Shown here piece by piece: positions 9,099 to 19,132 of a DNA stretch of 64,000 nt. A model generated the notes under the pieces. The model searched no databases. It was not told the origin of the DNA and worked only from the letters and a program-made list of their open reading frames with translations. The translations under genes and the position numbers were made by a program. This DNA is from Bacteroidales bacterium. GTDB taxonomy: Bacteria > Bacteroidota > Bacteroidia > Bacteroidales > JAAYJT01. How positions within the stretch are numbered: position 1 is the stretch's first letter; each line of letters opens with the position of its first letter. The stretch is taken from contig JBASHR010000069.1 in the NCBI GenBank assembly GCA_049654165.1, positions 64,513-128,512 on the forward strand, in the 5' to 3' direction.

Positions 9099-9680
9099 TT
9101 AGTTCCAGGTCAAGGTTGAAAGTAGATACTGAATATCTTCTTTTAGGAAATCAATTACCGGAGCCAGTGAATCGTTATTTGGAATAACATTGAAATATAA
9201 AGCCCCTCTTAAAAAATGCCGGGTACTGTCAGTAACAAAAAACTGACATGGCGAAGCTACCCCTGAACCCTTTACATTATAGATAGTTCCGTAAACCCTT
9301 GCATCAGTATTTATGATCATATCCTCGCGAATACCAGTAGCCTTTGAAATTTGCTTTGTCAGCAGCTTATGTGAATCGTCAAGGTAAGATGCCAGATTAT
9401 TGTCAATTTTTTTATAGCTGAGATGAATATTTGCTTTGAAACGGGGAATATCAATATTCATCCAATACGGTTCTGACAGCGAAGAAGGATTCAGGCGAAC
9501 CTGAGCGTATTCAGGAAATTGAAAAGAATACGGAAAAGCAGAATCAAATTTTATGTAATGTTTTTCAGGAAGTGCTATTCTGAAGAATGTCCGGGGTTTT
9601 GGAACCGGAGCCTCCTGACAGGAAACCAGAATAAAACTAACAAAAAACAAAACATATAGTATCTTTAGCAATTTACTCAT
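9099..9680 (-). CDS. gldD: Gliding motility lipoprotein GldD
   Basis: It has the lipobox 'LVSC'. The stretches 'PKPRTFFRIALPE' and 'QFFVTDSTRHFLRGALYF' match conserved GldD blocks. I trimmed the start to the internal ATG at 9680, in front of the signal peptide. Confidence 0.8.
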   Translation of the reverse strand: MSKLLKILYVLFFVSFILVSCQEAPVPKPRTFFRIALPEKHYIKFDSAFPYSFQFPEYAQVRLNPSSLSEPYWMNIDIPRFKANIHLSYKKIDNNLASYLDDSHKLLTKQISKATGIREDMIINTDARVYGTIYNVKGSGVASPCQFFVTDSTRHFLRGALYFNVIPNNDSLAPVIDFLKEDIQYLLSTLTWN

Positions 9681-9817
9681 TATCAGATAAATATGAAATT
9701 GTTCCAAAACCTTCATTAATTAAAATTCAGCTATTGGTTTAAAAGACATGAATCAATATCAATAAACCCGATTTTCTGTATTTTATTTTAAAATCGCGTT
9801 CTATTGAATTTTTGGCT

Positions 9818-9825
9818 TAATTTTG
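9818..9825 (+). promoter_or_regulatory. Bacteroidota -7 promoter box (TAnnTTTG)
   Basis: TAATTTTG overlaps the ORF-track TTG start at 9823. This argues that priA begins at the ATG at 9892. Confidence 0.4.
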
Positions 9826-9891
9826 AATCCGGTAAAACTCTTACTTGAGCAGGTTAACTGTCAAGGATATAAAATCGCACTTTCTCCAACT

Positions 9892-12393
9892 ATGTCATTA
9901 CTTCCGGGCAAATATGCCAATGTTTTGCTTCCTCTACCAATTCCGGGATTTTTCACTTACGCAATTCCTCCGGAAATGGAATCAACTCTGGTTGCCGGCG
10001 TAAGAGTAGTAGTACAATTTGGGAGAAAAAAGTTATACACTGCTCTGGTTCACAGCATTCATGAAACAAATCCGGGTTTATCCGTTAAAGAAATCCTGGT
10101 TCAGATGGATATTCTGCCCATCGTTAACATCAGGCAGTTTGTGTTCTGGGAATGGTTGTCAGAATATTATATGTGTTCGATGGGAGAAGTGATGAATGCG
10201 GCACTACCACCGGCATTGAAACTCAGCAGTGAAAGCCGCATAAGTCTTGATCCTGATTTTGATCATGATTACAGCAGGTTTAACGAGCGTGAATACAATG
10301 TAATTACAGTACTTGAGCAACAAGAAGAACTAAGCATTTCAGATGTTTCTCAAATTACTGGGCAGCAGCGGGTTATCCCATTGATCAATTCCCTTATTGA
10401 GAAAAAAGCTGTAAGTATTTACGAAGACATCATACAGCGTTATACTTCAAAAACCGAGAAATTCTATAATCTGGCTCAGATTTACCACGATGACGAAAAT
10501 GCACTTGCAGCAATAATGGAATACCTTGAAAGGCGCGCTCCGCGACAGTATGAAATATTGATCAATCTGTTGCATTATCTTGAATTAAGAAGCCACCCTG
10601 AAAATGGTATTCCAAAATCGTTACTGATCTCTGAAACTAAAAGCGCTGATGGGGCTTTGCGCTCATTGGTAGAAAAAGGGCTGCTTGAAGTAACAGAACA
10701 AAATATATCAAGGCTGGGTAAATATGAGGCTGTGCAGTCAGTTTCTGATATAGAACTTACTGAGCACCAGCAGGAAGCATATACAAAGATCAGGGAATAT
10801 TTCACAAACTCAAAACCTGTGCTTCTGCATGGAATAACTTCAAGTGGCAAAACCGAGATTTATATTAAACTTATTGAAGAAACTCTCAAAGCCGGATTTC
10901 AGGTTCTTTATCTGTTGCCGGAAATCGCACTAACAACTCAGATAATTTCACGTTTGCGAAAATTTTTCGGTGATGTTGTTGGTGTTTATCATTCACGATT
11001 TGGTGAATCCGAAAGAGCAGAAGTATGGAACAAGGTAGCTTCATGGCAGGCTTCTGCTGACGGGCAGGTTGTTTCCCATAGTGTCATACTTGGCGCTCGA
11101 TCTGCAATATTCCTGCCTTTCAGCAAACTGGGCCTGATAATTATTGATGAGGAACACGACACTTCTTACAAGCAATATGATCCGAGTCCACGCTATAATG
11201 CACGCGATGCTGCCATTTATCTGGCAAAACAGCATGATGCAAAGGTTTTATTAGGTTCGGCAACACCTGCCATTGAAAGCTATTTCAATGCAAAAACAGG
11301 AAAATACGGGCTGGTATCGCTTGCGAAACGCTATGGAGATATGACGCTGCCTGAGATTTCAGTTGTGAATCTCAAAGAAGCCACACGTCTGAAACAGATG
11401 AAAAGCCATTTTACACCTGCGTTGATCAATGAACTTGAAAAAGCTCTGGATCTCAACGAACAGGTTATTCTTTTTCAGAACCGGCGTGGTTTTGCCCTTC
11501 GTCTGGAATGTAATTTATGCCATTATGTTCCTCAATGCCGCCACTGTGATGTAACCCTTATCTACCATAAAAAAGAAAATCATCTGCGATGTCATTATTG
11601 CGGATATAAAGAGCCAATACCGCCGCATTGTCCGAAATGTCACAGTAAAGAGCTGAACCTCATTGGGTTTGGAACTGAAAAAATTGAAGAGGAACTATCC
11701 CTGATATATCCTGATATCCGTATTGCAAGGATGGATATTGATACTACCCGCAGCAAATTTGCACATCAAAAAATAATCACTGATTTTGAAACCGGCAAGA
11801 CTGATGTTCTCACCGGCACTCAAATGGTAAGCAAAGGACTTGATTTTGACAATGTCAGCCTTGTCGGTATTTTAAGTGCCGATAACATGATCAGTTTCCC
11901 TGATTTCCGCTCTTTTGAGCGCAGTTATCAGCTTATGGCGCAGGTAAGCGGGCGCGCGGGTCGAAAAAACAAACAGGGTAAAGTGATAATTCAAACCCGT
12001 AATCCAAAACATCCGGTTATTAATTTTGTAATTGAGAACAATTATGAAGGTATGTACCGGCATCAGATAGCGGAAAGGCAAATGTTTAATTACCCGCCGT
12101 TTAGTCGCCTTTTGAAGATTTCGTTGAAACATAAAGAGCCTGAACCATTAAACCATGCTGCGGATAAACTTGCCGGAAAACTTAAAAAAGCCTTCCCAAA
12201 GCAGGTACTTGGCCCTGAATATCCTGTGGTTTCGAGGATCAAAAATTATTTTATTAAGGAAATCCTTATAAAATTAAGTCGTGATAAAAATCTGGCGCGA
12301 AACAAAGAACATATCTCGAAGATAATTGATGACTTCATGAAAACCACATCAAATAAGCAAATCAGAGTAATTACTGATGTTGACCCGATGTAG
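9892..12393 (+). CDS. priA: Primosomal protein N' (replication restart helicase PriA)
   Basis: It has Walker A 'GITSSGKTE', a DEAH-like 'DEEHD' and the Cys-rich zinc-binding insert (CNLCHYVPQCRHCD...CHYCG...CPKC). Confidence 0.9.
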   Translation: MSLLPGKYANVLLPLPIPGFFTYAIPPEMESTLVAGVRVVVQFGRKKLYTALVHSIHETNPGLSVKEILVQMDILPIVNIRQFVFWEWLSEYYMCSMGEVMNAALPPALKLSSESRISLDPDFDHDYSRFNEREYNVITVLEQQEELSISDVSQITGQQRVIPLINSLIEKKAVSIYEDIIQRYTSKTEKFYNLAQIYHDDENALAAIMEYLERRAPRQYEILINLLHYLELRSHPENGIPKSLLISETKSADGALRSLVEKGLLEVTEQNISRLGKYEAVQSVSDIELTEHQQEAYTKIREYFTNSKPVLLHGITSSGKTEIYIKLIEETLKAGFQVLYLLPEIALTTQIISRLRKFFGDVVGVYHSRFGESERAEVWNKVASWQASADGQVVSHSVILGARSAIFLPFSKLGLIIIDEEHDTSYKQYDPSPRYNARDAAIYLAKQHDAKVLLGSATPAIESYFNAKTGKYGLVSLAKRYGDMTLPEISVVNLKEATRLKQMKSHFTPALINELEKALDLNEQVILFQNRRGFALRLECNLCHYVPQCRHCDVTLIYHKKENHLRCHYCGYKEPIPPHCPKCHSKELNLIGFGTEKIEEELSLIYPDIRIARMDIDTTRSKFAHQKIITDFETGKTDVLTGTQMVSKGLDFDNVSLVGILSADNMISFPDFRSFERSYQLMAQVSGRAGRKNKQGKVIIQTRNPKHPVINFVIENNYEGMYRHQIAERQMFNYPPFSRLLKISLKHKEPEPLNHAADKLAGKLKKAFPKQVLGPEYPVVSRIKNYFIKEILIKLSRDKNLARNKEHISKIIDDFMKTTSNKQIRVITDVDPM

Positions 12394-12406
12394 AAAGTCT
12401 TCTCTG

Positions 12407-13027
12407 TTAATGGGATTGCAAAGGCAGGAACTGAAATCCTTTATCGCTGTAGTATCCTAAAACCTGTGGCAAGACCTTAAGCATAGTTTTGGCTGATTTT
12501 TTATTATCATGTAACACTATGATTGAACCCTCGCGGGCAGATTTTAAAATATTTTTAATGCATTTCTCTACACTAACTTTCGGGTCAAAATCACCACCCA
12601 ATGCTGACCACATTATTATCTTATATTTCTTTGATAAATATCCTGCCTGACTTCGGGTAATACGACCATAAGGAGGGCGGAACAGCTTTGAATCAACAAG
12701 TTCCGCACATTGATTTACATCTTTTAAATATTCTTCATCAGTAGTTTTCCAGCCATTTAAATGATGAAATGTATGGTTTCCTGCTGAATGACCGGCTTCC
12801 AGTATCTTTTTGTATAATTCCGGGAATTTGCGAACATTATCACCCACACAGAAAAAAGTGGCTTTTGCATCAAAATCCTTTAACAACGATAAAACCTCCT
12901 CTGTTACGCCAGCTACCGGACCATCGTCAAAAGTAAGATAAAGGCTCTTGTCTTTTGTCGGGATCTGCCATACTAAACCCGATGGCATGAATAACCTTAA
13001 TAATCCGGGAGAACCGGTGAAATACAT
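12407..13027 (-). CDS. Polysaccharide deacetylase (CE4) family protein
   Basis: It has the NodB-type motifs 'TFDDGP' and 'HSAGNHTFHH'. Confidence 0.8.
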   Translation of the reverse strand: MYFTGSPGLLRLFMPSGLVWQIPTKDKSLYLTFDDGPVAGVTEEVLSLLKDFDAKATFFCVGDNVRKFPELYKKILEAGHSAGNHTFHHLNGWKTTDEEYLKDVNQCAELVDSKLFRPPYGRITRSQAGYLSKKYKIIMWSALGGDFDPKVSVEKCIKNILKSAREGSIIVLHDNKKSAKTMLKVLPQVLGYYSDKGFQFLPLQSH

Positions 13028-13136
13028 TGAAAAGTGATTTTGATTTTACAATAAAACGGACAAAATGACTAATTTCGCACTCTTAAAAATTAAATCAGCC
13101 AATAAATCGCTAAAATAATTATAAAACTAAATCAAC

Positions 13137-13883
13137 ATGAAAAAATTAGTTCTGATCAGACATGGTGAAAGTTTGTGGAATAAAGAAAATCGTTTCACAG
13201 GCTGGACTGATATTGATCTTTCTCCCAAAGGAATTGAAGAAGCTCATGAAGCCGCTAAGAAACTGAAAGAACTGGGGTTTCAGTTCAGAGTAGCTTATAC
13301 CTCAGTGCTGAAACGTGCTATACGTACACTCTGGGTCATCCTTGATGATATGGATTTGATGTGGATACCGGTTTACCGTACATGGAGGCTGAATGAGAAA
13401 CATTATGGAATGTTGCAGGGTTTGAATAAAATAGAAACTGCTGAGAAATACGGGGATGAACAGGTATTGCTATGGCGGCGTAGTTTTGATGTGCCACCAA
13501 CGCCACTTGATGAAAACGATCCAAGGCATCCTAAACACGACCCTCGCTATAAAGACCTTGAACCTAAAGATATTCCTGACACTGAAGCTCTGAAAGATAC
13601 CATTGACCGCTTGCTTCCGTTTTGGGAAAACGAAATAAGGCCAGCTCTGGTAAAGCATAATGAGGTATTGGTGGTAGCTCACGGAAACAGCCTGAGAGGA
13701 GTAGTTAAAGTGCTGAAAAACATCAGTGATCAGGATATTCTGGAAATGAACATTCCCACAGGTATTCCCTATGTCTTTGAGTTTGACGACAATATGAACC
13801 TTGTGAAAGATGAGTTTTTAGCCGACCCTGAAACACTGAAAAAACTTATGGATGCTATTGCCGCTCAGGCTAAAAAGAAATAA
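13137..13883 (+). CDS. gpmA: 2,3-bisphosphoglycerate-dependent phosphoglycerate mutase
   Basis: It has '[18 protein letters not shown]' and 'AHGNSLR', the histidine phosphatase signature. Confidence 0.95.
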   Translation: MKKLVLIRHGESLWNKENRFTGWTDIDLSPKGIEEAHEAAKKLKELGFQFRVAYTSVLKRAIRTLWVILDDMDLMWIPVYRTWRLNEKHYGMLQGLNKIETAEKYGDEQVLLWRRSFDVPPTPLDENDPRHPKHDPRYKDLEPKDIPDTEALKDTIDRLLPFWENEIRPALVKHNEVLVVAHGNSLRGVVKVLKNISDQDILEMNIPTGIPYVFEFDDNMNLVKDEFLADPETLKKLMDAIAAQAKKK

Positions 13884-13891
13884 TGCCGTTT

Positions 13892-13943
13892 AAACCATCG
13901 GCAAAACAGTTTGGACTATTTTGTAAATGCAAATCGTATAATA
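13892..13943 (+). repeat. Dispersed ~50-nt intergenic repeat, copy 2
   Basis: The sequence is aaaccatcggcaaaacagtttggactattttgtaaatgcaaatcgtataata, in a convergent intergenic region. Confidence 0.7.
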
Positions 13944-13970
13944 CGAACTCAGGGATCTGCATCCTGATAC

Positions 13971-14010
13971 AAAAACAGCCATCAGTCCGCTAGCTTCTGA
14001 TGGCTGTTTT
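13971..14010. terminator. Bidirectional intrinsic terminator hairpin
   Basis: AAAACAGCCATCAG, a 12-nt loop, then CTGATGGCTGTTTT, flanked by A and T runs. It lies between the convergent gpmA and the 705-aa lipoprotein gene. Confidence 0.75.
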
Positions 14011-14029
14011 TCATTTTTTTAATACTTTT

Positions 14030-16147
14030 CTATCTGTTTGCGCTAAGCATCACTTTGCCAACTTCCCATGTGGATGAAGCACTGCTTGAGCAAGTATATT
14101 TAAATGCGATATATATGTTTTGCCCTTCATAAGCTGCAAGGCTGACTTCATTGGTTTCAATGAATGTCCAGCTATTACCTGCTGCACGTGTAAAACCGGT
14201 GAGTTCAGTCCATGTTGCAGTATTTGGATTACCCGACCCGCTAAAATCTGTTGAAATAAGAACCTTTAGGTCATTAATACTTGTAATGTGATTGATTGCT
14301 TCGCGGAAACTCATTTTAACACCTGTCTGCCCGCTAAGAGATATTTCAGGAGAAATGAGCCAGTCTTCATTCACATAATGTGTTCCACCAACAAAACCTG
14401 TCATTTTAGCACATCCGCTATCAAAATCTGCCCATTCCCAAACCTGATCGCCGGCAACACTATATGTTGAGAAAGTTCCAAGGTCTTTTTTAAAATCTTC
14501 AACAAACAAATAATCTTCTCCTCCACTGCCTCCTCCTTCTTCAAGCTCAAAATCTTCACTTCCACCATTACTGTCGCGTAAGCCTGCAATACCAAAATAG
14601 GTTCGGAGAGTACCTGTTACTTTCAGCCATTTACCAAGGTTATCAGGATGATCTAGAAGATTTACTTCCGAACGCAAAGGCTTTCCTGCCGGAAGATTAA
14701 CCACTACGCATTTCGTATAATCGATTTCGTTCTTTTCATCAGCTATCAATACGTTAGTTGAAGAAGTAAAAGGTGGCGCAAAATGAATATCATCGCCTGA
14801 GGAAATTGAAGTTACTCCGGATTTTACCGATCCAACAATATATCCCTTCACCCAACCTACTACGTATGGATTGGCATTTTGTTTTTCGATTGCAGATTGA
14901 ACATCATAAGGATCATCCTGTGTGCCACTACCCGATCCGCTTCCACCTCCGTTGCCTCCGCCTTCAAACTCATAATCATCTGCTTCACCGGAGAAATCAC
15001 GCAATCCGGCTATTCCAAAGTATGTTCTCAAAGTACCTTTTACATTAAGCCATTTCCCCATATTATCCGGATTATTCTGAAGGTTAACATCGCCACGAAG
15101 GCTGCTGCCTGCAGGAAGGTTTACAACAACACAATTCATAAAATTGGTTTCACCGGCTTCATCAGCTATCAGCACATTAGTTGCCGAAGTGAAAGGTGGC
15201 GAGAAATCAATATCATCGGCTGATGCAATACTTGTTACACCTGCTTTCACCGATCCTACAATGAAACCTTTCACAAAACCAACTACATATGGTGTTGCGT
15301 TTTGCATTTGTACTGCCTGTGCCACAGTGTATGGATCTTCTTTTGAACCATCACCACCTTCAGGAGGTGGGGGAACTGTGCCGCTAAAGTTCTTCAGATC
15401 ACTGGTATCGCGAATAGTAAGCTGATAGGTATTCTGAAAAATACTTAAAATCCCGGTAACAGTACCGCTGCCTGCCGGTATCAGCTCGCTGGCGAAATTG
15501 GCATACTTACTGGTTCTTACTACCATTGTAGTGCCAACAATTGAACGGTTTGTGGCATCTGCCGACTGAGGTGCCCATTCTTTTCCGGGATCAACAAAGG
15601 TGATATTTTCAAATTTCACAAGCTGACTTACCAGAAACGTATTTAAACCTGTAAGTTCAGTTAATTGTGGTTCAGGAACTTTTCCCGGAAGGCTGTCGCG
15701 AAAAATATGCTGTGGCATAAATACTTCCGGAAGTCGTCCTATTGAGCCTTCAAAAAGATACCCAAGCTGGATGAGCTTATTGTAATCGCCGATATACATT
15801 CCCTTACATTTGACAAAAACCCTCTGTCCAAGTTTAAATTCATTGTAAAGATTGGTTTTGTCCAGCGCCAGCTCAATACCTGCCGTACTATCCTGAATTA
15901 TAAGTTTTTTGTACAAATTACCGCTTTCATCGTTACCTACAACAATTCCCTGAATAATGATATCCTCTTCAATCTGTTTTAACGATTTATAGGAAGATTT
16001 CAATGCAGCTATCGTAGTGTTGGAAGTAAAATCAACTCTTGGAATATAAATTGGCGGTTCATCAAAATCGCCTTTTACGCAAGCTGCAAAGTATGTTGCA
16101 ATTCCAAGCAGCAAAAGTCCGATGAATATTTTCCGGATATTTTTCAT
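14030..16147 (-). CDS. Surface lipoprotein with an N-terminal OB-fold-like domain, a tandemly duplicated ~140-aa module and a C-terminal beta-sandwich (choice-of-anchor-J-like) domain
   Basis: It has the lipobox 'FAAC'. The OB-like pattern is 'IIIQGIVVGNDESGNLYKKLIIQDSTAGIEL'. Two modules at about 60% identity are separated by Gly/Ser linkers. From memory this resembles DUF5689/DUF6359-type proteins (unverified). Confidence 0.7.
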   Translation of the reverse strand: MKNIRKIFIGLLLLGIATYFAACVKGDFDEPPIYIPRVDFTSNTTIAALKSSYKSLKQIEEDIIIQGIVVGNDESGNLYKKLIIQDSTAGIELALDKTNLYNEFKLGQRVFVKCKGMYIGDYNKLIQLGYLFEGSIGRLPEVFMPQHIFRDSLPGKVPEPQLTELTGLNTFLVSQLVKFENITFVDPGKEWAPQSADATNRSIVGTTMVVRTSKYANFASELIPAGSGTVTGILSIFQNTYQLTIRDTSDLKNFSGTVPPPPEGGDGSKEDPYTVAQAVQMQNATPYVVGFVKGFIVGSVKAGVTSIASADDIDFSPPFTSATNVLIADEAGETNFMNCVVVNLPAGSSLRGDVNLQNNPDNMGKWLNVKGTLRTYFGIAGLRDFSGEADDYEFEGGGNGGGSGSGSGTQDDPYDVQSAIEKQNANPYVVGWVKGYIVGSVKSGVTSISSGDDIHFAPPFTSSTNVLIADEKNEIDYTKCVVVNLPAGKPLRSEVNLLDHPDNLGKWLKVTGTLRTYFGIAGLRDSNGGSEDFELEEGGGSGGEDYLFVEDFKKDLGTFSTYSVAGDQVWEWADFDSGCAKMTGFVGGTHYVNEDWLISPEISLSGQTGVKMSFREAINHITSINDLKVLISTDFSGSGNPNTATWTELTGFTRAAGNSWTFIETNEVSLAAYEGQNIYIAFKYTCSSSASSTWEVGKVMLSANR

Positions 16148-16187
16148 GGTGTTTCTTATTATGAATTATTTATTAATTATTTGTTTG

Positions 16188-18905
16188 TTAAAATCTTACA
16201 GCAACGTTAAGGAAATAATTAGTTCCTATCATATAGAAATAGCGGGGAGGAAATTTATCAACATCCTTTTCCTGAAAATCAAATCTTAATTGTTCATATC
16301 CTCCGGTACTGATTTTTTTATTGTTTAGTAAATTATTGGCGCTAAGATTAAGCTGCAAAAAGTATTTTCGTTTGATCCTGAATGATTTGCCCACCGAAAC
16401 ATCAACGGTATAACCACCGGAAAGAGTTTCCTGACGGGTAATTTTTGCAATTCTTGGGTCACCTTCTCCCAGATTCTCAATAGCACCCTGACTTCTGCGC
16501 TCTGGATTAAAGCTCAGATAAATATCATCAAAATAATTAACACTTGCATTAACAAAAAGGTATTTGGGTCCAACCCATTTAATGCCGAGTGCAGCCGCTG
16601 TTTGTGGTGTTCCGAAAACAAAAAAGTTCCTAAGATAAGCAAGTTCTGTTGTATCAGGGCGCGACCCATTGTCAAAGGCAACAGTGGCAAGAGGGCGGTT
16701 TGTATAACGGTAATTACCAATATTTACGGCAGCCTGTAGCCACAGATCATAAAACATATATGCTTCGCCTCCGAACTCAATACCCTGATGTGTGGTATTA
16801 ATACCATACATAATATGATTGACCAGAGTACGGTAATCGTCATGATAAAAGCTAAGTATCTGATTCTGATCTTTAAACTCGGTATGATAGGCTGTCAATC
16901 TGGCTTTTACCAATGGAGCACGGAAATGCAGGCTTGCTTCAGAGCTGAATATCTTTTCACTCACCAGTTTCGGAGAAACATCATGCCTGGTTCGGGGTGA
17001 AACAAAAGCATTACGCATGAACGGAGCCTGGGTCATATAAGCCATATTTCCTTCAAGGAAAAGCCTTCCGGTGAATTTATATGTAGCACCGCCTTTAAAG
17101 GCATAGTCAATAAAATTATATTTATGCGATTCCCCAAGCGATTTATCAGGATGACGGCCATTGCGCATAAATCCTTCGCGCCAGAATGTTGTGGAAGAGA
17201 GCTGTGCTGCAAGGAAGAAATCTATCTTTCGGTATGAGAATAAACTACTGAGCCATAATTTCCCAACCTGCTGCTTTAGTTTGTAATCGTAACCAAATAT
17301 ATCACCTTCTTTAACTATACGGTTTGGATTGTCAAGGTCGTTCTGGATTATGGTATCATTACCAATAAAATCCCTCTCGGCAAACTGGTCAATATCAGTC
17401 CAGAATTCGCCACCAAGCAGGTCGTCAATTGTTTTAAAATAGCTTACCGTATAACTTGAAAGCTCCACACCCTTGTTGATGGTAATATTTTCGTTTACCC
17501 TGTGATTTACAACTGTGTTCAAATTAAGATTCGACATGTCGTTTCTACGGTCTTCAATGATATACCGTGCCTGTTTACCTTCCATACGCGAAAGATAATT
17601 AGCCTGATACAGGGCATCCCAGTTTATCTGACTAACTGCACTGCTGTTTCTCCAGGTTTCAGCAACTGCATTTTTCACTATCGTATCAGCGAACCAGCTT
17701 GGCAGCTTTCTGTAGTAGTCCGGGCGGGGATCGGCTGAGTTATACCAGTTTAAAGCAGTAGTCCCGGTTTTGCCAAACATATATGACACAGTAGTGGTAA
17801 TATCGGTATTGCTGTTGTATTTCCAGTAATGGTTCAGAATCATAACCGGTTGATTCATAGTCCTGACCCTTGAGTTCCGTACTTCTCCGTTTTGAAATCC
17901 CCAGTTTGGGCTATAATGGTTGGTTCCGAGCAGATCATAAATCTCCTGTACCGAACCACCCTGCATACCTCGTTTGACAGGTGCGGCAAAGGCAGTGAAT
18001 TCAAGAGAGTGTTTGTCGTTAAACTTTTTTTCTAGACCCAGATAATAAGCCCATGCATCATAAAATGTTCCCCTGATATATCCCTCGTTACCCCAACGCC
18101 TTGATCCACTGACTGTTACAGCCCAATTATTGTTCATCAAACCTGTGGAGTGAATGAACATAAGCCGGTGAGTATAACTTCTGTTTGACACTGAATAGGT
18201 AAATTTGGTTTGAACACGCTGGCGCGAAGGACGTGTAATAATATTTGAAACCCCACCAATGCTCCCAAAGGAATAAGTTGTGGGCTCCAGACCATTAGTA
18301 TAAACACTGTTACGGGTAGCATCGTTAAGCCCACCCCATATTGCCCACAATGTACGGCCTGTTTCAGCATCGTTTATCATTGAGTTCCCAACATAGGTAG
18401 GTGTAAACTCAGCATCATATCCACGGTTTCGGAACCATGCCTGCCCAAAGGTATATGACGCAAAAGAAAGAAAGACATCGCCTGTGGAATGAAGCAGACC
18501 TGAAATATTCTGTGCCTTGGCATCGTCGTCCATATCAATCATTTCAAGATTGATTTCAGGGATTTTTTCAGTTTCGGTAAGATCCGCTATCAGAAAAACA
18601 TCATCAAGCCGGGTTTGAGTTTTTACTTCAATGTCTAACGTCCTGGTTATAAACCCAGCTCCTGAGAACACGATTTCAGCAGAGCCGAGCCTCAAACCTG
18701 ATATTGTGAATCTCCCTTCATGATCGGTTATTACCTGCTGCCCCTCAATGCTTACAATAATTGAAGGTAATGGTTGCCGGATCTGAGATTCCAGCACCCT
18801 CCCTGTAACTGAACCAGGTTGCCGGTCATCAGGTGATAAGGGTTGAGCGTATATGACATAAAATGGCAACAATGCCATCAGAAAAAACAATAGCTTTTTA
18901 TTCAT
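16188..18905 (-). CDS. TonB-dependent outer-membrane receptor with an N-terminal carboxypeptidase-regulatory-like domain
   Basis: It has a signal peptide and a CarboxypepD_reg-like N-terminus ('GSVTGRVLES...PLPSIIVSIEG'). It is 905 aa with a beta-barrel-type C-terminus ending in '...NVAVRF'. Confidence 0.85.
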   Translation of the reverse strand: MNKKLLFFLMALLPFYVIYAQPLSPDDRQPGSVTGRVLESQIRQPLPSIIVSIEGQQVITDHEGRFTISGLRLGSAEIVFSGAGFITRTLDIEVKTQTRLDDVFLIADLTETEKIPEINLEMIDMDDDAKAQNISGLLHSTGDVFLSFASYTFGQAWFRNRGYDAEFTPTYVGNSMINDAETGRTLWAIWGGLNDATRNSVYTNGLEPTTYSFGSIGGVSNIITRPSRQRVQTKFTYSVSNRSYTHRLMFIHSTGLMNNNWAVTVSGSRRWGNEGYIRGTFYDAWAYYLGLEKKFNDKHSLEFTAFAAPVKRGMQGGSVQEIYDLLGTNHYSPNWGFQNGEVRNSRVRTMNQPVMILNHYWKYNSNTDITTTVSYMFGKTGTTALNWYNSADPRPDYYRKLPSWFADTIVKNAVAETWRNSSAVSQINWDALYQANYLSRMEGKQARYIIEDRRNDMSNLNLNTVVNHRVNENITINKGVELSSYTVSYFKTIDDLLGGEFWTDIDQFAERDFIGNDTIIQNDLDNPNRIVKEGDIFGYDYKLKQQVGKLWLSSLFSYRKIDFFLAAQLSSTTFWREGFMRNGRHPDKSLGESHKYNFIDYAFKGGATYKFTGRLFLEGNMAYMTQAPFMRNAFVSPRTRHDVSPKLVSEKIFSSEASLHFRAPLVKARLTAYHTEFKDQNQILSFYHDDYRTLVNHIMYGINTTHQGIEFGGEAYMFYDLWLQAAVNIGNYRYTNRPLATVAFDNGSRPDTTELAYLRNFFVFGTPQTAAALGIKWVGPKYLFVNASVNYFDDIYLSFNPERRSQGAIENLGEGDPRIAKITRQETLSGGYTVDVSVGKSFRIKRKYFLQLNLSANNLLNNKKISTGGYEQLRFDFQEKDVDKFPPRYFYMIGTNYFLNVAVRF

Positions 18906-19091
18906 GATATATAGAAGTGAATTAATTGCAAAGTAAGACAGAAATAATAATTTGTATTTGAACTATTATCAGTTGCGGAATTTCAGCACAAAATAAAGCA
19001 AAATTTCAAAATCAAGCATTACATACAGTTTTTTAATTGCTGCATCATTATCAAATTGAAGTATAATGTCGCAGCCCTAACTGAAAAACAA

Positions 19092-19099
19092 TATCTTTG
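19092..19099 (+). promoter_or_regulatory. Bacteroidota -7 promoter box (TAnnTTTG)
   Basis: TATCTTTG lies in the divergent region between the receptor operon and the EEP nuclease gene, 34 nt upstream of the ATG at 19133. Confidence 0.4.
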
Positions 19100-19132
19100 C
19101 TCATCCATAGTTTTATGAAAAAGCACATTGAT

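Noticed and set aside
9823-9891. N-terminal extensions proposed by the ORF track: priA from TTG 9823, 21719 for operon gene 1, 52935-53039, 57604-57666, 63848-63877, 9681-9716 and 19097-19132.
   Set aside because: In each case an internal ATG precedes the signal peptide or the conserved N-terminus. The extension also overlaps a promoter box, a conserved non-coding repeat or a divergent gene start.
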